A stretch of DNA of 64,000 nucleotides from Candidatus Peregrinibacteria bacterium (GCA_963708185.1 OY970195.1:949482-1013481), one strand, 5' to 3'; positions 1 to 9,418 are shown, numbered from the stretch's first letter. Made by a program: numbers and translations. Notes: generated from the letters alone by a model not told the origin.

Positions 1-142
1 GATGAAAGCCGGCGTGTACGAACTTCCTGACTCCATCGATCAGAAAATCTCCCAGCTCCAGCTCGGGACGATGGGCGTACGCATCGATACGCTTACTCCG
101 AAGCAGAAAAAATATCTTTCGGGATGGCAGGAAGGAACCTAG
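1..142 (+). CDS. ahcY: S-adenosyl-L-homocysteine hydrolase, 3' fragment (start lies upstream of the window)
   Basis: Frame 2 reads ..GVYELPDSIDQKISQLQLGTMGVRIDTLTPKQKKYLSGWQEGT*, with TAG at 140-142. This matches my recollection of the conserved C-terminal tail of short archaeal/Thermotoga-type AdoHcy hydrolases (..LT.EQ..YL.SW..GT). Confidence 0.6.
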   Translation, partial: MKAGVYELPDSIDQKISQLQLGTMGVRIDTLTPKQKKYLSGWQEGT

Positions 143-187
143 CGGGTAGAATGGTGATGCCGACTCAAGGATTTTGACCATGTTCCT

Positions 188-1549
188 ATGAAAATCACAG
201 TATTCGGATGCGGGTACGTTGGCCTGACCACCGCCGTGGGGCTTGCCGAAATGGGCAACACCGTCCTGGGCATCGACGTGGACAAGGAAAAAATCGCGAT
301 GCTCCGCGAAGGTCTCGTTCCTTTTTACGAACCCGGTCTTCAGGAGATGCTGCTGCGGCAGATCAGCGAAGGGCGCCTCGCGTTTTCCACCGACGCGAAA
401 CTCGGCATCGAATCGTCTTCGCTCATTTTCAGTGCGGTGGGCACGCCGCCGTTGAAAGATCATTATGCGGATTTAAGCGCCGTTCTCCATGTGGCGGAAC
501 AGTTCGCTGATTATGCCCGCGGAGAAAAGATTTTCGTCAACAAATCCACCGTTCCCATCGGAACGAGCAGCAAAATCCTCAACATTATCCGTAAAAAGAT
601 GTCTGACAAGGATCGTTTTTTTGTGGTCTCGAACCCTGAATTTTTACGGGAAGGCACGGCGCTCAAAGATTTTTTTGAACCTGACCGCATCGTGGTGGGC
701 ATTGATGAAAAAGACCCCCTGCCGCGCCAAATCATGAAAAAACTTTATCGTCCGATGGTGGAAAAAGGTGTTCCTTTGCTCTTTACCGACATCCGCAGCG
801 CCGAAGTCATCAAATACGCTTCGAACGCTTTTCTGGCGACCCGGCTTTCCTTCATCAACGAGCTCGCCAACTTCTGCGAAAAAGCCGGCGCGGATATCCA
901 GAACGTCCGCAAAGGCGTGGGCATGGACAAGCGCATCGGCACGCACTTCTTCCAACCCGGGATAGGATTCGGCGGATCGTGCCTTCCCAAGGATCTCAAC
1001 GCACTCATCGAGATCGGTAAACTTCATGGATTTGACTTTCAGCTTCTGGAAGCCGCGCAAAGCGTCAACCTCCGGCAACCGCTGCGCATCATCGACAATC
1101 TGCACAAGGTTTTCTCTTCCCTGAAGGGAAAAACGCTCGGCGTCTGGGGAACCTCCTTCAAACCGAATACCGACGACCTCCGTGACGCCCCTTCGCTGGC
1201 CATCCTTCAGCAGCTGGTGCGGGAAGGCGCGAAAATTCAGGTATATGATCCGGTCTCTCTCCCAAAACTCCAGCAGCTTTTCGGGAAAAAACTGACGTAC
1301 TGCAAAAATTATTACAGTGCGCTCAAAGAGTCATCCGCCTTGCTCGTACTTACGGAATGGGACGAGTTCAGAAATCCGGATTTTGCCCGCATGAAGTCAT
1401 TTATGCGCAAATATTACATCTTTGACGGACGTAATATCTTTGACCGGGAAGAGGTTGAAAAACAGGGATTCAGCTATTACGGCATCGGAAGTTTATCTCC
1501 ACAGCGCAAACTGAAATCCAAACGCTCACGCGTCAAATTGGGGTTGTAG
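188..1549 (+). CDS. ugd: UDP-glucose 6-dehydrogenase
   Basis: 453-aa ORF with an ATG start. It has the N-terminal Rossmann motif MKITVFGCGYVGL and the catalytic-Cys region GFGGSCLPKD, and looks like the UDP-glucose/GDP-mannose dehydrogenase family over its full length. The last ~20 codons (SLSPQRKLKSKRSRVKLGL) look like a non-conserved extension. Confidence 0.9.
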   Translation: MKITVFGCGYVGLTTAVGLAEMGNTVLGIDVDKEKIAMLREGLVPFYEPGLQEMLLRQISEGRLAFSTDAKLGIESSSLIFSAVGTPPLKDHYADLSAVLHVAEQFADYARGEKIFVNKSTVPIGTSSKILNIIRKKMSDKDRFFVVSNPEFLREGTALKDFFEPDRIVVGIDEKDPLPRQIMKKLYRPMVEKGVPLLFTDIRSAEVIKYASNAFLATRLSFINELANFCEKAGADIQNVRKGVGMDKRIGTHFFQPGIGFGGSCLPKDLNALIEIGKLHGFDFQLLEAAQSVNLRQPLRIIDNLHKVFSSLKGKTLGVWGTSFKPNTDDLRDAPSLAILQQLVREGAKIQVYDPVSLPKLQQLFGKKLTYCKNYYSALKESSALLVLTEWDEFRNPDFARMKSFMRKYYIFDGRNIFDREEVEKQGFSYYGIGSLSPQRKLKSKRSRVKLGL

Positions 1550-4500
1550 TAAGGATCGCCTTTCTTCATGAGATCTTCGTATTTGTTTTTCATATACTGG
1601 ACCTCTTTCATGTTTACGTCGTAACCGCGACTCAATGATTCGTGGTGGTAGAGCGATGCATAAGCCGTGTAGACGACGAGATATCCTTTCTGACGCAATC
1701 TAAGGCAGAAATCCACGTCGTTAAAAGCCACGGCGAGGTTCTGTTCATCCAACCCCTTCAACTCCTCATAAACGCTTTTTCTGACCATGACGCAGGCGGC
1801 GGTTACCGCACTGTAATTCTTGATAACGTCAACCTGTCCGAAGTATCCGTGGTCATGATTGTTGTGTCTGCTAAAGGCGTGGTTGGCGACACCACCCACA
1901 CCGACGAGAACTCCCGCATGCTGAAGCGTGTTGTTCGGGTAGAGCAGTTTCGCCCCCACTGCACCGACTTCGCTGCGCTGGGCCTGTTCGAGCATGGCTT
2001 CGATCCATTCCGGCGTGATGACTTCGGTATCGTTGTTGAGGAGGATCAAAATTTCCCCTTTGGCGTGCTGTACGGCAAAGTTGTTGATGGCCGCATAGTT
2101 GAACGGCTTATTATAGGGCAAAATCGTGATTCGCGGATCGCTTTCGACGGTTTTAAGATACTCCGCGGTTTCAAAAAGTTCGCTCTGGTTATCCACCAAA
2201 ATGATTTCGTAATTTTTGTAGGTGGTCTTCTGGAAAATACTGGTGAGACAGGTTTCGAGGACGTCTTTTTTATCCTTGAACGGAATAATGATGCTGACGA
2301 GCGGCTCGTTTTTGATTTCGCGTTTTACGCGGTATGACCCCAGCCAGATGCCGTCTTCCACCTGCCCGTCGATGCTGCGGCGCTTCAAGGCGTCCTGCAA
2401 AGCTTTCTTGGCGGAGTCCATGGCATATGGTTTGTACTGAATATTTTCCGCGGTCGATCCGGGAATTTTCCTCCAGTGATAAAGAATTTTCGGGATATGT
2501 CTGATGTTGTTGGTCTTTTCGGTAAAGCGCAGCACGAGGTCGTAATCCTGGCTTCCGTCAAACCCTTCTCGGAACCCTTTGATCTCATTGAGAATTTTCC
2601 TGCGATAGACCCCGAAGTGCGAAACATAGTTGCAGGAAAGGAGAAGATCGGGTGACCAGTCGGGTTTGAAGAAAGGTTCGCACCGGCTGTCGGAAAGATC
2701 GATCTTGTCTTCGTCGCTGTAGATGAGGTCGTATTTCGTTTCCTGAAGAACCTTCACCACTTCGTACAAAGCGTCAGGCGTGAGCTCGTCATCGTTGTCG
2801 AGTAAACCTACATAAGCGCCTTGCGCAAGCCCCAGCGCATCGTTGGACGCTTTGACGATTCCTCCGTTTTTGGAACGGAAGGTCAGGCGGATGCGGCGGT
2901 CTTCCATTGCGTACTTTTCGAGCAGAGGGCGGATGAAGCTTTCGGTGGATGCGTCGTCGCAAATGCAGAGCTCCCAGCGGGTGTAGGTCTGCTGTTTGAC
3001 CGACGCAATGGCTTTGACAAGATACTCTTCGGCGACATTATAGACGGGCATGACGATGCTGATGACCGGCTTGTATTCAAACTTTTCGAGTTCTTCGGTC
3101 ATACTGTTGAGTTCTTTTGGCGTGGGGGTGTTTTTCTGAATATACACCTCATACTGCTCGGGGAGCGCGCGCTCCGGCGTGCCGGATTTCACCCTGCGGT
3201 AGGTTCGTTTGAAAAATTCCGAAGGCCCGAGGGTCGAGAGAACCCGCAGTCCGTTTTTGGCGAGCTTAACCGGTTCGCTCCAAAGTTTCTTCTTCAGGAC
3301 ACCGTACATTTTTACGGCTTTCCAGGCCCTTGAATTGAGGATGCCTTCGAGTGATTTTTTATACTCCGCAAGCGCCACCGCGGTTTCCGCAAGGTCGCTT
3401 TGTTTTGCTTTGAGTTCGGCGCTTTTGCTTTTTAAAAGTTCTTCGTTGCTCCTGATGTATTTCTTGAGCATGACCAGTTCCGAACTGCCGGATTTCAATT
3501 CACCATCCTGCTTCCGGATAAGCGTTTTCGCGTTATTGATCTCGCTGGCAAGCATGGCCTGCTGTTCTTCAAGCGTATTGACGCGGGAAACTTTCTGGTG
3601 ATAGTTGGCCTGGAGCAACGTGAGTGCCTGCTGGCGTTCCTGGAGCAGGCTGTAGAGTTCTTCGTTCTGATCGCGGAGTTCATTTTGCCGCTCCTTGAGT
3701 TCGGCCATCTTGTCACGCGCTGCCAGCATGGCGTCGGCCAGCGTATTGAGCTGTTTCTTGCGGCGATTGAGCATCTTGCGGTCTTCGGTGAAGGCGATCT
3801 TCATGGCATAGCAGAAGGTCTTCACCACGAACTTGTTCATGGCCGCGACGCCTTCGGTGATGGCGTTCCCTTTGAGCGTTTTTTCCTTGGATATGCAGAA
3901 AAAAGTACGATAGGTCGGTTCCTGGTAATTGCCGAGTTCGAGAAGGTTCTTATTGAAATATTCGCTGAAACCGGTGAATTCGTCGGCTCCTTTTTCACCC
4001 TGCTTTGCTCCGATGGCAAATTGCTGGAGCGCCCAGTTGATGATGTTTCCTTCGCCCACCGTCATGTAGGCGAAACCTTTTTCCTTGAGAAAAGCCTCCA
4101 CTTCGTGCGCTTCAGGAAGCCCTTTCTGACGATGCTCGTCGAGAAACGGATGTTTAATGCCGACGTTCTCGAGGAACTGCTGGGCGACCATGTTCTCGAC
4201 ATTTTCCACGAACTCTTTTCTGAAAGGTGCCCCTAAAATAACGTAGTTTTTACTGACGCGGCAAAGTTCATCGAGGACTTTCACGCGGTCTTCTTTGGCA
4301 ATGTGTTCCATCAGGTCCGAAGCCAGGACGACTTCAAAACTGTTGTCGGGGAACGGCAGTTTGCGGGCGTCACCCTGAACATAATTTCCTTTTTCGAGAC
4401 TGGCGTCTTCAGCGTCCCACGGCTTCTGGTCAAGCACAATCAGTTTGTAGTCTTCGTTCAAAAACCACCCGAGTTTCCCTCCGAAACCGCCGACGTCAAG

Positions 4501-4632
4501 AACGTGGGTAGGCTTATTGAGACCGAACGCATCAAGGAGAAAAGCGATGGTTTTGTTGCGGGAGTAAAGGTCGGGAGAAAGTTTCAGGAGAGCGCTCTGC
4601 TCGTTGTTATTTTCCAAGGTGTTTTCAGCCAT
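1477..4632 (-). CDS. Multidomain glycan synthase: SAM-methyltransferase / ~145-aa coiled coil / GT2 / GT2
   Basis: 1051-aa ORF. N-terminal class I methyltransferase motifs are VLDVGGFGGKLG and DNSFEVVLASDLMEHI. A heptad-rich Q/E/K/L segment lies at about 3340-3780. There are two GT2 modules (ISIVMPVYNVAEEYL..CICDDAST and VSIIIPFKDKKD..IILVDNQS..LLNNDTE). The start overlaps the wzt stop by 8 nt. Confidence 0.85.
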   Translation of the reverse strand: MAENTLENNNEQSALLKLSPDLYSRNKTIAFLLDAFGLNKPTHVLDVGGFGGKLGWFLNEDYKLIVLDQKPWDAEDASLEKGNYVQGDARKLPFPDNSFEVVLASDLMEHIAKEDRVKVLDELCRVSKNYVILGAPFRKEFVENVENMVAQQFLENVGIKHPFLDEHRQKGLPEAHEVEAFLKEKGFAYMTVGEGNIINWALQQFAIGAKQGEKGADEFTGFSEYFNKNLLELGNYQEPTYRTFFCISKEKTLKGNAITEGVAAMNKFVVKTFCYAMKIAFTEDRKMLNRRKKQLNTLADAMLAARDKMAELKERQNELRDQNEELYSLLQERQQALTLLQANYHQKVSRVNTLEEQQAMLASEINNAKTLIRKQDGELKSGSSELVMLKKYIRSNEELLKSKSAELKAKQSDLAETAVALAEYKKSLEGILNSRAWKAVKMYGVLKKKLWSEPVKLAKNGLRVLSTLGPSEFFKRTYRRVKSGTPERALPEQYEVYIQKNTPTPKELNSMTEELEKFEYKPVISIVMPVYNVAEEYLVKAIASVKQQTYTRWELCICDDASTESFIRPLLEKYAMEDRRIRLTFRSKNGGIVKASNDALGLAQGAYVGLLDNDDELTPDALYEVVKVLQETKYDLIYSDEDKIDLSDSRCEPFFKPDWSPDLLLSCNYVSHFGVYRRKILNEIKGFREGFDGSQDYDLVLRFTEKTNNIRHIPKILYHWRKIPGSTAENIQYKPYAMDSAKKALQDALKRRSIDGQVEDGIWLGSYRVKREIKNEPLVSIIIPFKDKKDVLETCLTSIFQKTTYKNYEIILVDNQSELFETAEYLKTVESDPRITILPYNKPFNYAAINNFAVQHAKGEILILLNNDTEVITPEWIEAMLEQAQRSEVGAVGAKLLYPNNTLQHAGVLVGVGGVANHAFSRHNNHDHGYFGQVDVIKNYSAVTAACVMVRKSVYEELKGLDEQNLAVAFNDVDFCLRLRQKGYLVVYTAYASLYHHESLSRGYDVNMKEVQYMKNKYEDLMKKGDPYYNPNLTRERLDFSLRCGDKLPMP

Positions 4633-5812
4633 AATGTCGCCATGTAACAGGAAGTTCGATCAGCCCGTATTGATTTTCGCGGTTCCGTTCGACCGAAAAT
4701 GTGTATCTTTTGTCGTGGTAGTCGTAGGGGCGGGTGCATGAAGAGTCAAAACAGGAAACTGTAAAGACATACCGTCCGCCGAGGAGCGTATTTGGATTGA
4801 TGATGCAATCCAGATACCCGTCCCTTTTCACCTCTTCAATCGGATACTCGGAAGTTTTGGTGTTGGGGCCACTAATATGTACACCATCATCCCTATGGAT
4901 GGCAATACCAAAAACCGGCTTTTTTACCGGTTTTTTAATTTTGTAAAAAATGCGCGCGGTGATGGAATCTCCGGTGCGGAAACTTGCCGTCTCCATGCCG
5001 TGATGATCAAAGAAACGGACGTCGCTGATGAAGATGTCGGTATCGTCGTGGTTTTTATGGATTTCCTGGGGCTGGCTTTCGAGGTGAATTCGCCGGTGGT
5101 ATTCATCGATGACCTTTTCGGCTTCCCCTCCTGCGACGACTTTTCCCTTTTCCAACAGGATCGCCTTCGTGCAGAACTGGGTGATGACCGCGGGATTGTG
5201 GCTCACCAATACGAGTGTTTTTCCCTGTTTCTTCCAGTCTTCAAAGACTTCGACGCACTTCTGCTGAAAGGCTTCGTCGCCCACGGCAAAGACTTCGTCG
5301 CAGAGGTAGATATCGGCGTCGGCCTCTTTGGCAATGGCGAACGCCAGCCGCGCCTGCATGCCCGAAGAAAAATTTTTCATCTTGAGATCGAGGAACTTTT
5401 TCACTTCGGCAAAAGCCACGATGTCGTCGAACTTCTGCTGGATCTGTTTTTTGGTGAGGCCAAGGAGCGTGGCGTTGACGCGGATATTCTCGCGCGCGGT
5501 CAGTTCGGGCTGGAAGCCGATGCCGAGTTCCAAAAACGGCGCGATCTCTCCGTTCACTTCCATCTTGCCGCTGTCCGGTTTATAGATTCCCGCCATCACT
5601 TTGAGCAACGTGCTTTTCCCGCTGCCGTTCTTGCCGATGATGCCGATAAAATCTCCCTTCCCCACCATGAGGTTGACGTTTTCAAGGGCCTTGAACTGTT
5701 CGAAGGTCCGTTTTTTCAAGAGTCCCAAAAAATTCTCCTTCAGGGTGTCGCGTTTTTCGTGAGGGAGCACGAATTTTTTTGAGATATCGGTGAGTTCGAG
5801 GGCCTGTTGCAT
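4625..5812 (-). CDS. wzt: Polysaccharide ABC exporter ATPase with C-terminal glycan-binding (Wzt_C-like) domain
   Basis: Walker A GKNGSGKSTLLK, signature FSSGMQARLAFA, Walker B IYLCDEVFAVGD. About 140 extra C-terminal residues (DIFISDVRFFDHHG..RYVFTVSCFD..) are typical of the beta-sandwich cap-recognition domain of O-antigen Wzt proteins. Confidence 0.85.
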   Translation of the reverse strand: MQQALELTDISKKFVLPHEKRDTLKENFLGLLKKRTFEQFKALENVNLMVGKGDFIGIIGKNGSGKSTLLKVMAGIYKPDSGKMEVNGEIAPFLELGIGFQPELTARENIRVNATLLGLTKKQIQQKFDDIVAFAEVKKFLDLKMKNFSSGMQARLAFAIAKEADADIYLCDEVFAVGDEAFQQKCVEVFEDWKKQGKTLVLVSHNPAVITQFCTKAILLEKGKVVAGGEAEKVIDEYHRRIHLESQPQEIHKNHDDTDIFISDVRFFDHHGMETASFRTGDSITARIFYKIKKPVKKPVFGIAIHRDDGVHISGPNTKTSEYPIEEVKRDGYLDCIINPNTLLGGRYVFTVSCFDSSCTRPYDYHDKRYTFSVERNRENQYGLIELPVTWRHYG

Positions 5813-5822
5813 AAGGAAACAC

Positions 5823-6608
5823 TTATATTTTTTCTGCGATCTTCCCGGCTTGGGAATTAAAAATACTATACCCGAAGATAAAAATCACCACGGACATGAG
5901 GAGGATAACAAGGTTGAGTCCCAGATCCGGAATGTGGTGGCGGATGAAGATGTCACGGGAGTATTCGATAATGCGTGCCATCGGGTTCAGGAAAATATAC
6001 CGGTGATATTGGACCGGGACGATGGTAACCGGATAAATGATGGGCGTAAGCCAAAAACCGATCTGAAGAAGGATCTCCCAGATGTGTTGGAGATCGCGAA
6101 AATGAAGGTACAGCGCCGCGAGCAGAAGCGTCACTCCGGTGGCGATCATGTAGAGTTCAACGATGTAGATGATGAAAAAAAACGCCGATGCCTGGATGGC
6201 TACACCCGCAACGAACATGAAGACGAAAAAAATGATGAGATTCAGCAGCAGTGTGACCAGGCTCGAAAGCGTGCTCGCAAAAACGATGATGGAGCGCGGG
6301 AAATAAATCTTGGTGACGAGATCTCTCTTGGCGATAAGGCTGTTCATGCCGATGAGCGTGGCCTCGGAAAAAAAGTTCCACAAAATGATCCCAAGGAGCA
6401 AATAGACCGGATAGTTTTCGATCGGCGACTGCATGAAGACCGAGAACACGAGGTAGATCACGCCAAAGAGCAGCAGAGGTTTGATAAGCGTCCAGAAATA
6501 GCCCAAAAAAGAGTTCTGATAGCGGAGTTTAAATTCGCTTTTGACGAGCTCGACGAGAATGCGCAGATGCTGCTTTTGGAACTTTTTGTGGAGATTTTTG
6601 GACCTCAT
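5823..6608 (-). CDS. wzm: ABC-2 type polysaccharide exporter permease
   Basis: Six predicted TM segments and an ABC-2 N-terminal signature (ELVKSEFKLRYQNSFLGYFWTLIKP). The start is placed at ATG 6608 (MRSKNLHKK); the longer ORF to 6665 has a non-homologous extension. A 10-nt gap separates it from wzt. Confidence 0.8.
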   Translation of the reverse strand: MRSKNLHKKFQKQHLRILVELVKSEFKLRYQNSFLGYFWTLIKPLLLFGVIYLVFSVFMQSPIENYPVYLLLGIILWNFFSEATLIGMNSLIAKRDLVTKIYFPRSIIVFASTLSSLVTLLLNLIIFFVFMFVAGVAIQASAFFFIIYIVELYMIATGVTLLLAALYLHFRDLQHIWEILLQIGFWLTPIIYPVTIVPVQYHRYIFLNPMARIIEYSRDIFIRHHIPDLGLNLVILLMSVVIFIFGYSIFNSQAGKIAEKI

Positions 6609-7221
6609 GCCAGATGAGAAAGAGAGCGCCGATATTCGCGCAGAGGTAGAGCAAGCATAGCGCAATACCGACCCAAATTGGAAGGTTAAATCGGCTTGCG
6701 GAGGCGATTTGTTCTATGGCCTTATACAACGGCACGGTGCTCCTCACTTTCAGCACGGGCTGGCTTTGACTATTCAACCAGTACGTGATGCCGTTCTGCG
6801 GCGTTGCATCCTTGGAACTCAGGAGGAAGCACAGTTTTTGATCGGTAGAAATACCAGAAAAACCTATGGGAAAATAATCGTTATCCTTGACGCTGCCCGA
6901 AGGAAACTCATTTCGTGCAATGATGTTTTTGGTATTGTCGCGCAGGGTAAAAATCTCGACCTGATTGGTGTTGGTATTTTGGCGATCGTAGGTGGCCAGA
7001 AGGATATCGATGCTCGTGACGTTTTCAAATTTACCGTCGATGCACTGTTCCAGGGGAGTTTGGGTGGTTATCGGGTCGGCGGGGCGAAGCTCTCCGTCAT
7101 TCGGCTGGACGTAGAGGGTGTAGGGAACAGGCAGGAACGTAAAAACCAACGCGGCGACCATGACGCTGAAAAGCGAGTATTTAAGCCAGTTCCCGGATTT
7201 TTCAGTGTGTTTTTTGAGCAT
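6529..7221 (-). CDS. Bitopic membrane protein of unknown function (N- and C-terminal TM helices, beta-rich outside domain)
   Basis: 230-aa ORF. Its ATG overlaps the GT-C stop in a TGATG arrangement. TM helices are YSLFSVMVAALVFTFLPV and IWVGIALCLLYLCANIGALFLIW. The basic tail overlaps the wzm start by ~80 nt. I recognise no family. Confidence 0.55.
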   Translation of the reverse strand: MLKKHTEKSGNWLKYSLFSVMVAALVFTFLPVPYTLYVQPNDGELRPADPITTQTPLEQCIDGKFENVTSIDILLATYDRQNTNTNQVEIFTLRDNTKNIIARNEFPSGSVKDNDYFPIGFSGISTDQKLCFLLSSKDATPQNGITYWLNSQSQPVLKVRSTVPLYKAIEQIASASRFNLPIWVGIALCLLYLCANIGALFLIWHEVQKSPQKVPKAASAHSRRARQKRI

Positions 7222-8660
7222 CAGTAAAATTCAGGAATAATACGGAACATGATGGTGACAAAACCGCTGAAAACAAAAAACGTCATGATGATTTTCATCG
7301 CGGTGGAGAGATTTTTTTGTGAAACAAGATGCGCCAGTCCGCGGACAAAAAAATACATGAACGGTATCAGCGCCGAAAAAAGATATCTTCCCTGCAGGGC
7401 TCCTAAAAATCCACGTTCGCGGAAGATCTGGAAGAGTTCGTAACTCAAAGCCGCGGACACAAAAACAATAGGGAGGAGCATGGTCCATCCTTTCCAGCCC
7501 AGGATTTTTTTCCAAAGATGTTTGCGGTTCTTTTTTTGGAACGATTCGGCGGCGAATTTTGTAAAACCCGCTGCGGAAGCCAATGTCAGCAATCCCACCA
7601 CCGCATACTGCCAGGTGAAGAGACGGAAAAAGAACTGACCGAAAGCACCCCAGATATTTTTGTAGTATTCCCCCAGGAATCCCGCGCCGAAGAAAAATCC
7701 CCACACCGTAGCGTTTGGAAGCGCCAGGACGCCGCTGGCTTCGGGGAATATTTTGACGAGGTTCGGGTAGGCGGCCAGCAGCGCAGGATTTTTTGCCGCG
7801 TACGCACCGATATCCGGAAAGAGCATATGATACAACGCGATATTGCGGACGTACCACCAGGCGGCGATGGCAAACGCCGAGCCGAAAATAATGAGCTGAT
7901 GCCGTACAAAATGCGCGAAATCCTTCCGCGTTTTGCGCATGCGCAGATGTTTGACGATTTCGATGGTGAAGATGGAAACGTACAACGGCAATGCCGTGAC
8001 CTTGGTCAAGGCCAGTAATCCCAGGACGATGCCGGTCTGCAAACTCAGGCGGTGCGTGCGTTCGTCAAAATTCAACACCGAAAGATAAATGAGGATGCTG
8101 GAAAGCATGAAGACGAGATTATCGTTGTTCATCAACGCGCTGATGGAAGAGAACATGGGCATAAAGGCAATGCCCACGAGAACGGTTTTCGTGACGATGC
8201 CTCCGGGGTTCGAGGGTCCGTCCGGCAAAAGCTGGTCGAGCGTTTTTTTGGCGTAGAACAGGGTGACACTGGCCATGATGATCGAGACGAGGCGCAAGAT
8301 AAAAATGCACAGCAAAGGATCATCCTGCGGCAGCAAAGCATACAAAGGCTCAAGACCAAGGTAGTAGAGCGGCGGGTGCTGGGCGATCCAGTTCAGGGCC
8401 AGCGAGCCCTTGTAGTAATCGATTTCCTTGGCGGGATCCACGGGGCCGATGGCCTGGACGCGTTCGGAAAGGACGGTTTTCCCCAGGACTGGGAACCGGT
8501 GTTCGTAAAAAAGGCTTTCCACGTAGCCGTAATGTGCGATCTCATCCGGAGCCTGCCAGGGCGGCGTGAGGTATGACCACAGCAGTTCCTTGCAAAAAAA
8601 TACCGCTATGAGCAGCCAAATCCATGGAAGTTTCCTGAGTTTTTGAAAAAAAGCGGTCAT
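7221..8660 (-). CDS. GT-C fold (ArnT/PMT/DUF2142-like) polytopic membrane glycosyltransferase
   Basis: 479-aa ORF with ~11 hydrophobic segments. The first outside loop carries the acidic motif PPWQAPDEIAHYGY, typical of lipid-carrier-dependent GT-C enzymes. It is the first gene of the glycan operon. Confidence 0.6.
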   Translation of the reverse strand: MTAFFQKLRKLPWIWLLIAVFFCKELLWSYLTPPWQAPDEIAHYGYVESLFYEHRFPVLGKTVLSERVQAIGPVDPAKEIDYYKGSLALNWIAQHPPLYYLGLEPLYALLPQDDPLLCIFILRLVSIIMASVTLFYAKKTLDQLLPDGPSNPGGIVTKTVLVGIAFMPMFSSISALMNNDNLVFMLSSILIYLSVLNFDERTHRLSLQTGIVLGLLALTKVTALPLYVSIFTIEIVKHLRMRKTRKDFAHFVRHQLIIFGSAFAIAAWWYVRNIALYHMLFPDIGAYAAKNPALLAAYPNLVKIFPEASGVLALPNATVWGFFFGAGFLGEYYKNIWGAFGQFFFRLFTWQYAVVGLLTLASAAGFTKFAAESFQKKNRKHLWKKILGWKGWTMLLPIVFVSAALSYELFQIFRERGFLGALQGRYLFSALIPFMYFFVRGLAHLVSQKNLSTAMKIIMTFFVFSGFVTIMFRIIPEFY

Positions 8661-8700
8661 GAAGCGGCGGAAATATCTGCATCATTCTGCCATATTTTCG

Positions 8701-9150
8701 CTAGAGCTTCAAATCCTTGAGCAGTTTGATGTTTCCTTCCTTTTTGGTCTGTTCGTAATAACGCCGGTCCGCAGTAATAAAATCTGTGTTATATGCTTTG
8801 GCCAGAGCGTGGTAGGCAGCATCGTAGAAAGAGACTTTCGGGTATTGATTTTTGATTTTCGCAGCTATTCCCATAAGGTCGGTATCGAGCGGAATAATAC
8901 TTACCTGTCTTTCGGTAAAAGCAAGAAATGCATTTTCAGCTGTTTGCGTTTCTAATCCTCTTCCAACGATATTCATGAACTCATACCTGAAAATATCCGG
9001 AATCAGGATCGACAGTTCATAATTATCTTTGAGATAATTCATTTTTTTTACCTTTTCTTCGCCATCCTCTTTCAGTATGGGTTTCAGAATAACGGATGTA
9101 TCCACGACAAGAGTTTTGATATTTTTCATGATTTTCAATAAAAGATTCAT
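8701..9150 (-). CDS. vapC: PIN-domain toxin (type II TA)
   Basis: 149 aa. PIN acidic residues occur in LVVDTSVILKP.., ..IPDIFRYEF.. and FYDAAYHALA..DFITADRRY. Its ATG directly abuts the TAA of the upstream antitoxin gene. The segment is visibly AT-richer than its flanks. Confidence 0.8.
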   Translation of the reverse strand: MNLLLKIMKNIKTLVVDTSVILKPILKEDGEEKVKKMNYLKDNYELSILIPDIFRYEFMNIVGRGLETQTAENAFLAFTERQVSIIPLDTDLMGIAAKIKNQYPKVSFYDAAYHALAKAYNTDFITADRRYYEQTKKEGNIKLLKDLKL

Positions 9151-9408
9151 TTAATGGGACTTCCTGTCTTCCCTTACAAGCTCTACCGCGGTCTTCCCGC
9201 TTTTCCGTTTATATTTATTGGCAAGATTGTCCCAAAACTCATGGATTTCTTCCATTGTTACGACTTCGTGCGATTGAGCGCTGAGATTTTTGGTGATTGC
9301 TTCAGCAACAAACCTGCTTCTTTTGTTTTTTGGAACGGAGATTTCAAGTTTTTTCATGACAATTGCAGGAATTGAAAAAGTGACCCGTTTTACATTTCTT
9401 AAAGCCAT
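9151..9408 (-). CDS. vapB: Ribbon-helix-helix antitoxin
   Basis: 85 aa. The N-terminal RHH-like beta strand and helices are VTFSIPAIVMKKLEISVPKNKRSRFVAEAITKNL. It sits immediately upstream of the PIN gene. Confidence 0.7.
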   Translation of the reverse strand: MALRNVKRVTFSIPAIVMKKLEISVPKNKRSRFVAEAITKNLSAQSHEVVTMEEIHEFWDNLANKYKRKSGKTAVELVREDRKSH

Positions 9409-9418
9409 CTTGTTTAAA

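Noticed and set aside
7231-7857. 208-aa minus-strand ORF in a second frame inside the GT-C gene.
   Set aside because: It lies entirely within the 479-aa polytopic membrane protein ORF. Its Arg/Pro/Gly-rich translation has no motifs.
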